Positions 8,548 through 16,964 are shown, counted from the stretch's first letter. The stretch is DNA of 27,386 nucleotides from Thermoplasmata archaeon (GCA_003663585.1 QMTU01000001.1:1-27386); one strand, 5' to 3'. The notes: a model not told the origin generated them from the sequence alone. Made by a program: numbers and translations.

Positions 8548-9524
8548 TAGAATTTATCCTCTTGTGTTACTTTATATAATAGCTCCTCGGCTGAGCAAGG
8601 TGATGTAGCAGTACCTTGTATTTCACATACCATCCCAGCAGCTACATTAGCGGCTCTTACCATTGTATTGTAGTGCATCTTTTCATATTTCATGAGCATA
8701 TAAGCAAGTGTTGCGGTTACTGTATCTCCAGCCCCAGTTACGTCTATTGCCTTGGCATTGGTAGCTGGAAGGACAGCACGCCAGTTATCTGCCTGGCATA
8801 TCATACCTCGATGTCCTCTTGTCAGAATTATGCCATGAATCTCAGCAACTTCTAGGAAGGTATGTAGATTTTCGGGATGAAAGTTAGGCAGTAGCCCTAG
8901 CTCTTTGCACATTCTGGCATATTCGTGCTCGTTTGGAGTAATCCAATCGACTCCCTGGAACATGGATATATCTTCTCTACGCGTATCTACAATAATATAC
9001 GTCATTTCGTCGTAACACGACATAACTCTTCTCATAAGGCGCGGTGTGATGTATCCTTTGCCATAGTCACTTATAATAACTGTTACTGGGCCCTTTTTAC
9101 TAGCATCTGTAATACTTTGCACAATAGCAGTTTCGGTATTTTCATTTGGAGACAGCGTGGCCTTGTCCAGAAGCTGCTCATTGTCAACTCGGACAATCTG
9201 ATATCCGGTTCTTGTGTCTGTTATGCGGAGCTTGATGTTGGCACTAGCGTTGTTGGTGTTGGGTAGGATTGGCAGTTGAATATCGAGTTTATCGGTAAAT
9301 TCTTTGTATTGTCGGGGTAGGTGCCCATAAAGAATGATAGGTGTCTTGTCATTTCCATCAAGAGCCCGCAAGTTGGCAGCCGCATTACCAGCTCCACCCA
9401 GACGCTCTTCCTTTTCAATCAAGCTAGCTACCGGAATAGGAGCTTCTGGGCTAAGTCTGTCGCACTCGCATAGCCATGTCTCGTCGATCATTATATCGCC
9501 TATAACAATAAAAGATCCTTTCAT
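8547..9524 (-). CDS. rfaE: PfkB kinase, HldE/RfaE domain-I (heptose-7-phosphate kinase)-like
   Basis: IGDIMID...RLSPEAPIPV, GGAGNAAANL, ISDYGKG, ITPNEHE, DVTGAGDT. Confidence 0.8.
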   Translation of the reverse strand: MKGSFIVIGDIMIDETWLCECDRLSPEAPIPVASLIEKEERLGGAGNAAANLRALDGNDKTPIILYGHLPRQYKEFTDKLDIQLPILPNTNNASANIKLRITDTRTGYQIVRVDNEQLLDKATLSPNENTETAIVQSITDASKKGPVTVIISDYGKGYITPRLMRRVMSCYDEMTYIIVDTRREDISMFQGVDWITPNEHEYARMCKELGLLPNFHPENLHTFLEVAEIHGIILTRGHRGMICQADNWRAVLPATNAKAIDVTGAGDTVTATLAYMLMKYEKMHYNTMVRAANVAAGMVCEIQGTATSPCSAEELLYKVTQEDKF

Positions 9525-9889
9525 TATTTCCTCGCTTGAAGCTGCGAATCACCTGGTTCCACACGGTAGGAGTCATCGTCTCTATGTGTTGTGCTAATTT
9601 CCATAATCTCTGAATCCTCTAGTCCTATAAACTGATGAACTCTTCCGGGGGGAATTTCGATTGAGTCGTATGGTTTCATAATGAATTTATACCTTTTAGC
9701 GTCTTCTACAATAATCATTTCTACTTTACCTTTAATAACACAGAATGTCTCGTGTTTCTTGACGTGAAAATGTAGGCTACATTTGCTGTCTTTGTTAAGA
9801 CATAATATCTTTCCGCAGTACTTATCATGATTAGTTATCCAAAGCTCCTTACCCCACCCTTTGGATATCGGGAATGGCTTAAATATCAT
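9524..9889 (-). CDS. Cupin, sugar-isomerase-like
   Basis: KGWGKELWI, CSLHFHVKKHETF, PGRVHQF, EISTTH. Confidence 0.75.
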   Translation of the reverse strand: MIFKPFPISKGWGKELWITNHDKYCGKILCLNKDSKCSLHFHVKKHETFCVIKGKVEMIIVEDAKRYKFIMKPYDSIEIPPGRVHQFIGLEDSEIMEISTTHRDDDSYRVEPGDSQLQARK

Positions 9890-9902
9890 GCAATCTTGCT
9901 CC

Positions 9903-10115
9903 TTATGAAATCGTCTGAATGCCTTTTACAACGCTATACATTACCAGATCTATAAAAAAGAGCACGAGGCAGAAGATAGAACGCCAGTACGTTCTGAAAA
10001 ATCCTAGCTTCGTATCTCTAAATAGATCTAGTGAGTATTCACACCATGCCGCTATGACCGTTAAGATAATCTGTGTGATCAGAACGAATTTCAGCAATGA
10101 AAGCGTTTCTAGCAT
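9903..10115 (-). CDS. Small membrane protein
   Basis: Two hydrophobic segments. Confidence 0.5.
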   Translation of the reverse strand: MLETLSLLKFVLITQIILTVIAAWCEYSLDLFRDTKLGFFRTYWRSIFCLVLFFIDLVMYSVVKGIQTIS

Positions 10116-10354
10116 ACTTGCGTTAGTCCCTTCTCGTCAAGAAATTCTTTTAAGGAATTCCATAGGCTGTCGTCTTCTATTCTCTCGAGATGTCCGCCTG
10201 TTATTTCTTCAATATATACGCGGTGTTCCAATTTATCCTTAAAATACATGAACTCGCGTATTCCATATTGGATTGTTGCTAGGTGCGTGAATCTTCCACG
10301 TGTACCTGGCAGAGGAAATGTCTTCTTGTTGATAATTATAAAACGCCCGCTCAC
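10109..10354 (-). CDS. Hypothetical protein
   Basis: Start refined to GTG 10354 behind AGGAG. Confidence 0.55.
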   Translation of the reverse strand: MSGRFIIINKKTFPLPGTRGRFTHLATIQYGIREFMYFKDKLEHRVYIEEITGGHLERIEDDSLWNSLKEFLDEKGLTQVC

Positions 10355-10365
10355 TCGGTATTCTC

Positions 10366-11097
10366 CTATGGTAAATAGTGATCTAGGAATTGGCGTACTG
10401 TATCGAGATGAACAGCGGATGCCCATAGTCCCCAGACTGGGTGTTGTGGTCCATTCTCTACAATAACGCCTACGAGTTCGCCTTTGCTATTAAATACTCC
10501 TCCACCACTGTTACCATAGTAGATGCTGCCATTAACCAATAACCATCTTGTCTCTGTATTATGGTAACTTGCTACGTTTTCCTTTGCTACTGTACCATGA
10601 GATATAATATCTTCCACTCTAGCACCATATCCTATGATCCATACAAAGTCTCCAACCTTTGGTGGAGATGAGGCTAGTGGAGCTACTAGCTTTAGTGGAG
10701 TAGTATCTGTGGTCATAAGGAGGGCTAGGTCGTTCTTTCTGCTTACTGCAATCGCAGTGACTCTATACTTGTCGTCTCCGTTGAACGAAATAAATCCATA
10801 TGGCATAATTGTCTGGTCTTGACGATTTATTACGCAATGTGCAGCTGTAAGAACAAAGATCCCTGAACTGCTTGCACTCACAACTGTTCCTCCGCAATTG
10901 GCTCTATTAAGATTATATACAACTACGTTGTATTCTACTAGCCGTTGTGGAACAGCAGGACGTAAGAGAGAAGGGGATTCATTAATAATTGGATTAGGCT
11001 GGACTTTGTGGATTGTGAGAGCACGGTGATCGCAGTTGCACGACAATACAGCCGCAAGCAGAAGAAATAAAAGCAGTTTTCGAAGCACTGTTATCAT
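10366..11097 (-). CDS. Exported trypsin-like serine protease (probable lipoprotein)
   Basis: LTAAHC, NDLALL, GNSGGG triad motifs; N-terminal hydrophobic signal ending VLSC. Confidence 0.85.
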   Translation of the reverse strand: MITVLRKLLLFLLLAAVLSCNCDHRALTIHKVQPNPIINESPSLLRPAVPQRLVEYNVVVYNLNRANCGGTVVSASSSGIFVLTAAHCVINRQDQTIMPYGFISFNGDDKYRVTAIAVSRKNDLALLMTTDTTPLKLVAPLASSPPKVGDFVWIIGYGARVEDIISHGTVAKENVASYHNTETRWLLVNGSIYYGNSGGGVFNSKGELVGVIVENGPQHPVWGLWASAVHLDTVRQFLDHYLP

Positions 11098-11121
11098 CCT
11101 TTCATGTATCTAGTTTTCTCC

Positions 11122-11931
11122 TTACTTATTATTATCATATATGTGTGTTGATGTCAATAGAGCTTTGGCTTCTGTCAGATATTCCTTCGTGTTGACATTC
11201 ACCAATCTGCCGTTTACTAATGCAATTCGGAAAGGATAGTATGTAAGATTTTGTCTATAGAAATCTACAAGCATATAAGAATCACGTACTGCACCTTTTC
11301 TTAGCATTTGCAGGGTTATATCTAGTTTTCCCAGTAAAGCTCCTATTTCTACAAATATGGGCAACCATGTAGGTAATGCTCTATCATGTAAACTAAGGAT
11401 ATCATTTGCGATTTCTAGAAGGGTGTATTCAGGATGTGGAGTTGAGAGAAGGAATGGTCCTTCTTGGAGTTGCCTCTTCGATGCTGTGAGTGGGGAGATT
11501 GCCGGAATCCAGGCAGGATTTGTATAATCTATTTTGTCGATATACCCGTTTTCTCCCAGTAGCTGTTCTAGGATCGATCTATCAAAGATATGATCTCCCA
11601 TCTGGCAGAAAAATGTTGAGTCATTACAGAGGTTTCTACAATATTCTAAAGCCGCTCCTAGGGCCGTTGCAGTACCGTTTTCATTTTTAACGCATACTAT
11701 ACGGCGATCTGCAAGCGGGATGCTGTTTACGTAGTTTTCAACCTCTTCTGCGCCGTATCCAGTGACTACTATAATCGGAGTATTGGGAGGTAAATATTCT
11801 GAAAGACGTTCTATTATGTGACCAAGCATTGGCTTTCCGGCTATCCCTACAAGCGGCTTAATACACTTATCGTCGCCCATACTTGTGGACATTCGGTCGC
11901 CTTTCCCTCCTGCCAGTATTACTCCTATCAT
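11122..11931 (-). CDS. Sugar-phosphate nucleotidyltransferase (NTP_transferase family)
   Basis: VILAGGKGDRM, KPLVGIAGKPML, VVTGY, MGD, NVNT. Confidence 0.8.
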   Translation of the reverse strand: MIGVILAGGKGDRMSTSMGDDKCIKPLVGIAGKPMLGHIIERLSEYLPPNTPIIVVTGYGAEEVENYVNSIPLADRRIVCVKNENGTATALGAALEYCRNLCNDSTFFCQMGDHIFDRSILEQLLGENGYIDKIDYTNPAWIPAISPLTASKRQLQEGPFLLSTPHPEYTLLEIANDILSLHDRALPTWLPIFVEIGALLGKLDITLQMLRKGAVRDSYMLVDFYRQNLTYYPFRIALVNGRLVNVNTKEYLTEAKALLTSTHIYDNNK

Positions 11932-11936
11932 GCTAA

Positions 11937-12599
11937 TTACTCCACAGAGATTTCATTTGTAAGCAAGTTATACTGTACATCCTTGTCGATTGGCAGTTCT
12001 CTAAGCCACTTTGCCATTGTTCCCGTCATTATGCCGGCAGCTACGTTACTACTGTAGATAGTTGTCTTTGCTGTGCATGATCCGCGATAGGCGTCTTCAG
12101 ATGAGAATAACGTAGTCCTGTAGTGGTTTTGGCTGTCAAGATTAAATACACTTAGCACTCTTAATACTTCTGCCGACATGCGGCCGTCGATAAAGAGTAC
12201 TGCTGTATTCTGTGTCGCAGTGAAGATTAGATCTCGAATATCCATATCATCTACACAGCAGAAAATAATCTCACCAGTGTTCATTCTCCGTCGAAAGCGA
12301 TCATTGACAACTTCTATTTCTACCTCGCTATTAATAGACTTAAGAAGCTCTGCTACTGCCTCTACTTTAGGTTTGCCGAGATCGCTTTCAAAGAATCCTT
12401 GAGCAGCCAGGTTACCGGTTTCGACTGTGTCAAAATCAATGAGCTGAATCTTAGGCACGCCCATAGCCGCTAACTGTATGGCTACTTGTCGACCAATCGC
12501 ACCGACTCCGATTACCGTGACAGTCTTATCTTGCAGTGTTTCTAGAGGAACCAGGTCCTTTTGCCGGCTATACCGTACCTCGGTATCAATTTCAGGCAT
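11937..12599 (-). CDS. ThiF/E1-like Ubl-activating enzyme
   Basis: RYSRQ, VIGVGAIG, IDFDTVETGNL, KPKV, CCVD, DGRM, candidate catalytic Cys in GSCTAK; start refined to ATG 12599. Confidence 0.9.
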   Translation of the reverse strand: MPEIDTEVRYSRQKDLVPLETLQDKTVTVIGVGAIGRQVAIQLAAMGVPKIQLIDFDTVETGNLAAQGFFESDLGKPKVEAVAELLKSINSEVEIEVVNDRFRRRMNTGEIIFCCVDDMDIRDLIFTATQNTAVLFIDGRMSAEVLRVLSVFNLDSQNHYRTTLFSSEDAYRGSCTAKTTIYSSNVAAGIMTGTMAKWLRELPIDKDVQYNLLTNEISVE

Positions 12600-13656
12600 T
12601 TTCTTTCTCCTCTTCAAAGACAACAATCTGGTTTTCGTCTACTTGATCCCGCGACACGGCTACCAAACGCTCATCTCTATCATAGTAGCATACATAATCA
12701 TCTATTTCGTTTTCCTGGATGTCCAGCTGCTGAAGCAGGATAAGCCTTTCCTCAATCGGTTCATCTTCCAACTCGTCTCTCAGAGACCAGAAGAATTCTG
12801 GCATTTCGTCATTCGCCAACTCTTCTTCCTCTTCTTCTGCAAAATTACTAGCCCAGCTATATAGATCGTAGTCTACAGCCTCGTCAAATTGTGTCGACGG
12901 AGGGAACTTTCTAGTGCCATATAAAGGGCCATAGGGTTTGGTAGAATGCCAGTCGGGTATTCCCTTTGGCATATTCATATAGCCGTGCTTGGAATAAGTA
13001 TTATGCGTAGTCAGAAATATTTCCCGCTTCTCAATATTCTTGTCATACTCTGCTTTCCAGGCAGCATGATCACTGGCCGCGAAGGGTAAGCTCCAATCAA
13101 TTTTAACCTTAAGATCGAATTGGGCTTTTATTCCGGTACCATATTGCAATCTTGCAGTCATCTCCCCACCTTTGCCAAGAATTGCCATGACTGACCAATC
13201 GCATTTTCCGAACTTCTCTCTAAACGTTTTCTCGTCAGTACCGCTTGGATTGGCACTCATACCAGGATGCGTGTGAAACCAGATCCTTCCAAATTCATCT
13301 GGTTTTCGACCAGCATCTACCTGGTCTTCGAAGAAGTCGGCAATACCAATGTCGTCGAATTCAACTGTTGCAGCCGTGGTCTTTTGCTTGACCGTAAACA
13401 GATCAATTACAGCCAGAGGATCATCAGATCTGGAGATGCCGAATGCGCCGACTTCTGTGTCGCCTAGATCGCGCAAGTATGTCAATTTAGCCCATACATA
13501 CGGGGAAAGCCGTAGCTCGGGGTTGTGTGAGACTGATATCTTACTCGAAACTGTCGGAGTTTGTATTTTCCAAGACTCTTTTGTCTGTGGTCTGTTATCA
13601 ACTTTGGCAATAAATCCCAACTTTTCCTTCTTCTTCTTTTTCTTCTTCTTGCCCAT
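12592..13656 (-). CDS. JAB/JAMM metallo-isopeptidase with acidic C-terminal extension
   Basis: TEVG...WFHTHPGMSANPSGTD matches E...HxHx7SxxD; start refined to ATG 13656 (GGAGG RBS). Confidence 0.88.
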   Translation of the reverse strand: MGKKKKKKKKEKLGFIAKVDNRPQTKESWKIQTPTVSSKISVSHNPELRLSPYVWAKLTYLRDLGDTEVGAFGISRSDDPLAVIDLFTVKQKTTAATVEFDDIGIADFFEDQVDAGRKPDEFGRIWFHTHPGMSANPSGTDEKTFREKFGKCDWSVMAILGKGGEMTARLQYGTGIKAQFDLKVKIDWSLPFAASDHAAWKAEYDKNIEKREIFLTTHNTYSKHGYMNMPKGIPDWHSTKPYGPLYGTRKFPPSTQFDEAVDYDLYSWASNFAEEEEEELANDEMPEFFWSLRDELEDEPIEERLILLQQLDIQENEIDDYVCYYDRDERLVAVSRDQVDENQIVVFEEEKENA

Positions 13657-13669
13657 AAGGATCCTCCTG

Positions 13670-14428
13670 TTATTTTTGACTAGAACAGTAATGACACAAT
13701 GGTCGTTCGTTATAGTAACACGATGACTGTTCGCTACAATCATCACTTTCGTATATTACGCAACCTTCACATAGCTCATCACCACACCGATCGCAATATA
13801 TAACATCTTCGGCGGGAATAATGTCTCCACAGTCGCAACAAGTAGCCCCGTCCCATAAGTGTACATGTATGTATGCTTCAGTAGCTTCATACGATCGAAG
13901 TATGCTTTCCAGAATATCCACCATACTAAACACATCATTTCTATTTGCCGCGCTTCTTAATGCATTCGTGCCACGTCCTGTACATACTATTCCTGCCGGA
14001 TCAACGTGTGGATGAAAATATCCAGAGCCATTCGAGAAGTATGGGGTAATAGGATATGCATGAACTCCCAGAAAGCTTTTGTCAATTCTAAAGGGACCTA
14101 TTCCCAAGTAGAATGGACCAAAGTCTATGCCGTCAAAAACAATACGACGTGTCGGTCCAACGAGAATGAAGTCGTCTTTGTATATACTATAGACGTTTTG
14201 ATGGTGGGCAAGAAACACTCTCTTTGTCTTTGCTAATTCTATAAGATCCTCTCCAATACTTGCAGAAATAGAATCAATTGGCGTTTCGGTAAACCAAGCA
14301 CCAAGCTCGATCTGATCTTTTATTCGTGAGACAACTGCTTTTTTGGAAGAAGAAGGAAATATTTGGATGAAACGCTCGAGATGCTTAATCTTATTGTAGG
14401 TGAGCCCATCGTTAGGAATGGTTAGCAT
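13670..14428 (-). CDS. E2/UBC-like protein with C-terminal Cys-rich Zn finger (paralog B)
   Basis: YFHPHVDPAGIVCTG has the spacing of the E2 motif HPNxxxxGxIC; multiple CxxC in the C-terminus. Confidence 0.72.
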   Translation of the reverse strand: MLTIPNDGLTYNKIKHLERFIQIFPSSSKKAVVSRIKDQIELGAWFTETPIDSISASIGEDLIELAKTKRVFLAHHQNVYSIYKDDFILVGPTRRIVFDGIDFGPFYLGIGPFRIDKSFLGVHAYPITPYFSNGSGYFHPHVDPAGIVCTGRGTNALRSAANRNDVFSMVDILESILRSYEATEAYIHVHLWDGATCCDCGDIIPAEDVIYCDRCGDELCEGCVIYESDDCSEQSSCYYNERPLCHYCSSQK

Positions 14429-14465
14429 CGGAATCCTCCTGGTAACTGGATTCGTACAAATACAA

Positions 14466-14504
14466 TTTTTGGAGTGCTGACTGCCACGTAACAGTCAGCA
14501 CTCC
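14466..14504 (-). other. 13-bp perfect intergenic hairpin between Ubl and E2-B, followed by A5 on the sense strand
   Basis: GGAGTGCTGACTG-CCACGTAA-CAGTCAGCACTCC (14471-14504). Confidence 0.75.
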
Positions 14505-14516
14505 TGTTGTTTGAGA

Positions 14517-14747
14517 CTAAGCTCCCTGAACCTTCGTAGGGGTGACGGTCATCCGATCGCCAGGCTGCAGCGCATAGCTGGCAGTTACCTCCTGGCGATT
14601 AACACGGATGAGGTAGTCAGCAGGACTGGCACCCTCGCCCATCTCCCGGAAGAACAGCTGGGATGCTGTGGTGCCCTCCTCAACTACCTTTTCGCCGGCG
14701 AATCCAGCGCCTTCGTTGTTAATGAAGCTTACACGGATCTCAGGCAT
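14517..14747 (-). CDS. Ubiquitin-like beta-grasp protein (Ubl-1), C-terminus KVQGA
   Basis: 76 aa, ThiS/MoaD/Ub-like pattern YLIRVN...LQPGDRMTVTP; penultimate Gly; strong AAAGGAGG RBS. Confidence 0.85.
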   Translation of the reverse strand: MPEIRVSFINNEGAGFAGEKVVEEGTTASQLFFREMGEGASPADYLIRVNRQEVTASYALQPGDRMTVTPTKVQGA

Positions 14748-14793
14748 TTTTTCCTCCTTTTCTTTGGGTTATAGCCTGATAGAGCCAGGACTT

Positions 14794-16035
14794 CTATTCA
14801 TCTAGAAATCCAGTCCTTCTTTGAACGGTCGATGTCTGTGCCTCTGTCTCTGGCATAGAAATATTTGATATAACTTCTTCATTTTCTATTGGTTTATCCA
14901 AGCTCATAATCAAATCACATATTTTAGCCACTCTTTTTGATCTAGTCTCTTCAATTTGCTTAGCACACTCATGCTTTTTGGAAGACATATAGTGTCTTCC
15001 ACAGAATATTTTCCCGCAGATTTCACACTTTACCGCATACCTGCTTCCTCGATGGTCTGGGCAAATAGTTTTGCCGCATACGCTACATGTGCTCTCTTCT
15101 GCGCATGACTTACACATAGGGCTGTGACAGTAGCTGCATTTACTGGTTTGTTTTCTATCAACCAGCTCCTTGCAAACAGGACACTGAATAGTATGCCAGT
15201 GTACTAATTGTACATAAGGAGACTCTTTGTTATATGTGCGCAATAGGCTATCTAATATTGCAACAATTTCATATAACTCAGCATTATTAAGTTTATCTCT
15301 AATAATTCTAGCTGCATCACCGAGACATATACGACCATCAGTAGAAACGTGGGGATGGTAAAATCCTCTATGTCTTCCGCTGGCGTATTTTGGTGTGGCA
15401 GCCGCCGCTGTTACTTGCGACGAAGATCGGCCAGGATCTCTGGAAAATCCTATATGTAGATAGAACTTACCGAGATCTACTTGTACAGTACGCTTCTTGC
15501 CACCTAGAGTCGTTCTGTATTTTAGCACTATTGGCTTATGTAACAAAATAGATAGCCTTAAGATATATCGAGGAGAGTTAGTGCATATTTCCTGAACCTC
15601 TCCAAAATCTCTTAGTACAGCCGGCAAATCCTCTCTTACCTTCGTAAGTACCTTAGCTTCTCTAATCGGTGCGCACAGTCGTTTTTGCGCGGCCTGAAGA
15701 TGACGTTTTGTATCATACATAACGCCCTCAATACTGTGTATTCCTTTTATAATACCTTCTAGCATACCGCCAATCTCATTATAGAAGATCGTAGGGACAC
15801 TGTTGTTGGTCTCTGTAATCTCCAATATCTTCTGGTATAATGGTGCAATGTCGGATATGTATTTGCGAAACTCGTCGTTGGCGCTGAGTAAACCTTTGTG
15901 ATCGATAATAGATGATAGACTTATTTGGGGCGTCTTGGTAGGTGACGGCAGGTCCTGCAGTAGTTTATCAATATCAGATGAGCTTGGTTGAGTTCCTGCA
16001 TTTTGGATTTGTGCGCCAAAGACCTCATTTGCCAT
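14794..16035 (-). CDS. E2/UBC-like protein with N-terminal helical region and C-terminal Zn fingers (paralog A)
   Basis: FYHPHVSTDGRICLG; C-terminal CPVC, CSYC, CKSC, CSVC, CPDH, CEICGKIFCGRH...HEC; start refined to ATG 16035. Confidence 0.78.
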   Translation of the reverse strand: MANEVFGAQIQNAGTQPSSSDIDKLLQDLPSPTKTPQISLSSIIDHKGLLSANDEFRKYISDIAPLYQKILEITETNNSVPTIFYNEIGGMLEGIIKGIHSIEGVMYDTKRHLQAAQKRLCAPIREAKVLTKVREDLPAVLRDFGEVQEICTNSPRYILRLSILLHKPIVLKYRTTLGGKKRTVQVDLGKFYLHIGFSRDPGRSSSQVTAAAATPKYASGRHRGFYHPHVSTDGRICLGDAARIIRDKLNNAELYEIVAILDSLLRTYNKESPYVQLVHWHTIQCPVCKELVDRKQTSKCSYCHSPMCKSCAEESTCSVCGKTICPDHRGSRYAVKCEICGKIFCGRHYMSSKKHECAKQIEETRSKRVAKICDLIMSLDKPIENEEVISNISMPETEAQTSTVQRRTGFLDE

Positions 16036-16062
16036 TATATCCTCCATGGATGTCTTAGTTTA

Positions 16063-16442
16063 TGGAGCTGGCGGGAGTCGAACCCGCGTCCATGATAGAA
16101 TCCACCAACTTCATACGACCATATCACCTGGTTCTATCTTATATAGCGCCTTTCCCAGGATTTCCTTTGGCGCTCCCTCTATCGCGCACCACCGGGCTTT
16201 TTGGACTAGCATGGGCTAGGTACCCGGAACCCGCTACTTTGGTTACCAGGGCGAGCGCAGCCCTGATGGCTGCTTACGTTTACACGTAAGCGCGGCTGCC
16301 AGACATGGAAGCCATGTCGGCAACCGAAGCCATGAATGCGAGCGAATCGTCGGCATTTGTGAGATGGGCCTTTTTAGAGTGGCCTGCCCAGCCACTAGTC
16401 GTCCATTGGCTTTTTCTAGCATGTCGAACCCTGTTCAGCCCC
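16063..16442 (-). ncRNA. ssrA: tmRNA (380 nt), CCA not encoded
   Basis: 5' GGGGCTGAACAGGGTTCGAC and 3' GGACGCGGGTTCGACTCCCGCCAGCTCCA; 7-bp acceptor stem with G3.U; helix-2 complementarity (ATG-TAGAA/TTCTA-CAT, ACGAC/GTCGT). Confidence 0.95.
16280..16354 (-). other. tmRNA tag reading frame: ADDSLAFMASVADMASMSGSRAYV*
   Basis: Resume codon GCC after ACAAAT; stop TAA in the loop of hairpin GCTTACGT-GTAA-ACGTAAGC. Confidence 0.8.
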
Positions 16443-16450
16443 AAAATGTG

Positions 16451-16678
16451 TTAGCTATCTGAAGTATCTTCTTCTAGCTCAACAAGTTCATAATAGTCAT
16501 GCCAGCTTTTACTGCATGCCAAACATGTCATTGGCTGTTTGGCAGTCCCCTGATCGATTTCTACAAAACCTCCCTGAAGATCATAACTTCCACAATATGG
16601 GCAAGTTACTCCACCCTTTCTTATGTATTCTTTGCATTGGCTGGTGCTAAGCAATTGATATTCCTCCTCTACCACCAA
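16451..16678 (-). CDS. Small Zn-ribbon protein
   Basis: CPYC and CLAC pairs. Confidence 0.65.
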   Translation of the reverse strand: MVVEEEYQLLSTSQCKEYIRKGGVTCPYCGSYDLQGGFVEIDQGTAKQPMTCLACSKSWHDYYELVELEEDTSDS

Positions 16679-16700
16679 TCTTTAAATTCATTTCTATAGA

Positions 16701-16964
16701 TTACGAAGCATACGGGTATTCTTCCTCTACTAACAACAGTGCCCATCCATCGGGTGACATTGGATGCTCCCTATTAATGTAGTAGACTCTAGTATATCGT
16801 TGGGGTGCAACTCCGCGCGGCATGGCATCATATTCATCTGCTTTACTATTCCACTCCTCTAACACATCGTCGATACTCTTGCCTTCCTCAACACCCGTAG
16901 TTATAGCACTTTTAATAGCCTGCTGTTCTGCTTCTTCAATACGGCCAAACCCGAGAACGACCAC
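16701..16964 (-). CDS. Hypothetical protein
   Basis: 87-aa ORF, GTG start behind GGAGG. Confidence 0.6.
   Translation of the reverse strand: MVVLGFGRIEEAEQQAIKSAITTGVEEGKSIDDVLEEWNSKADEYDAMPRGVAPQRYTRVYYINREHPMSPDGWALLLVEEEYPYAS

Noticed and set aside
11937-14747. ThiF + ThiS/MoaD-like pair as a thiamine or molybdopterin sulfur relay
   Set aside because: No thiG, moaE, cysteine desulfurase or rhodanese gene nearby, while E2-like and JAB genes are interleaved
16062-16289. Plus-strand ORF MELAGVEPAS...
   Set aside because: It is the antisense reading of the tmRNA 3' end, a known annotation artefact
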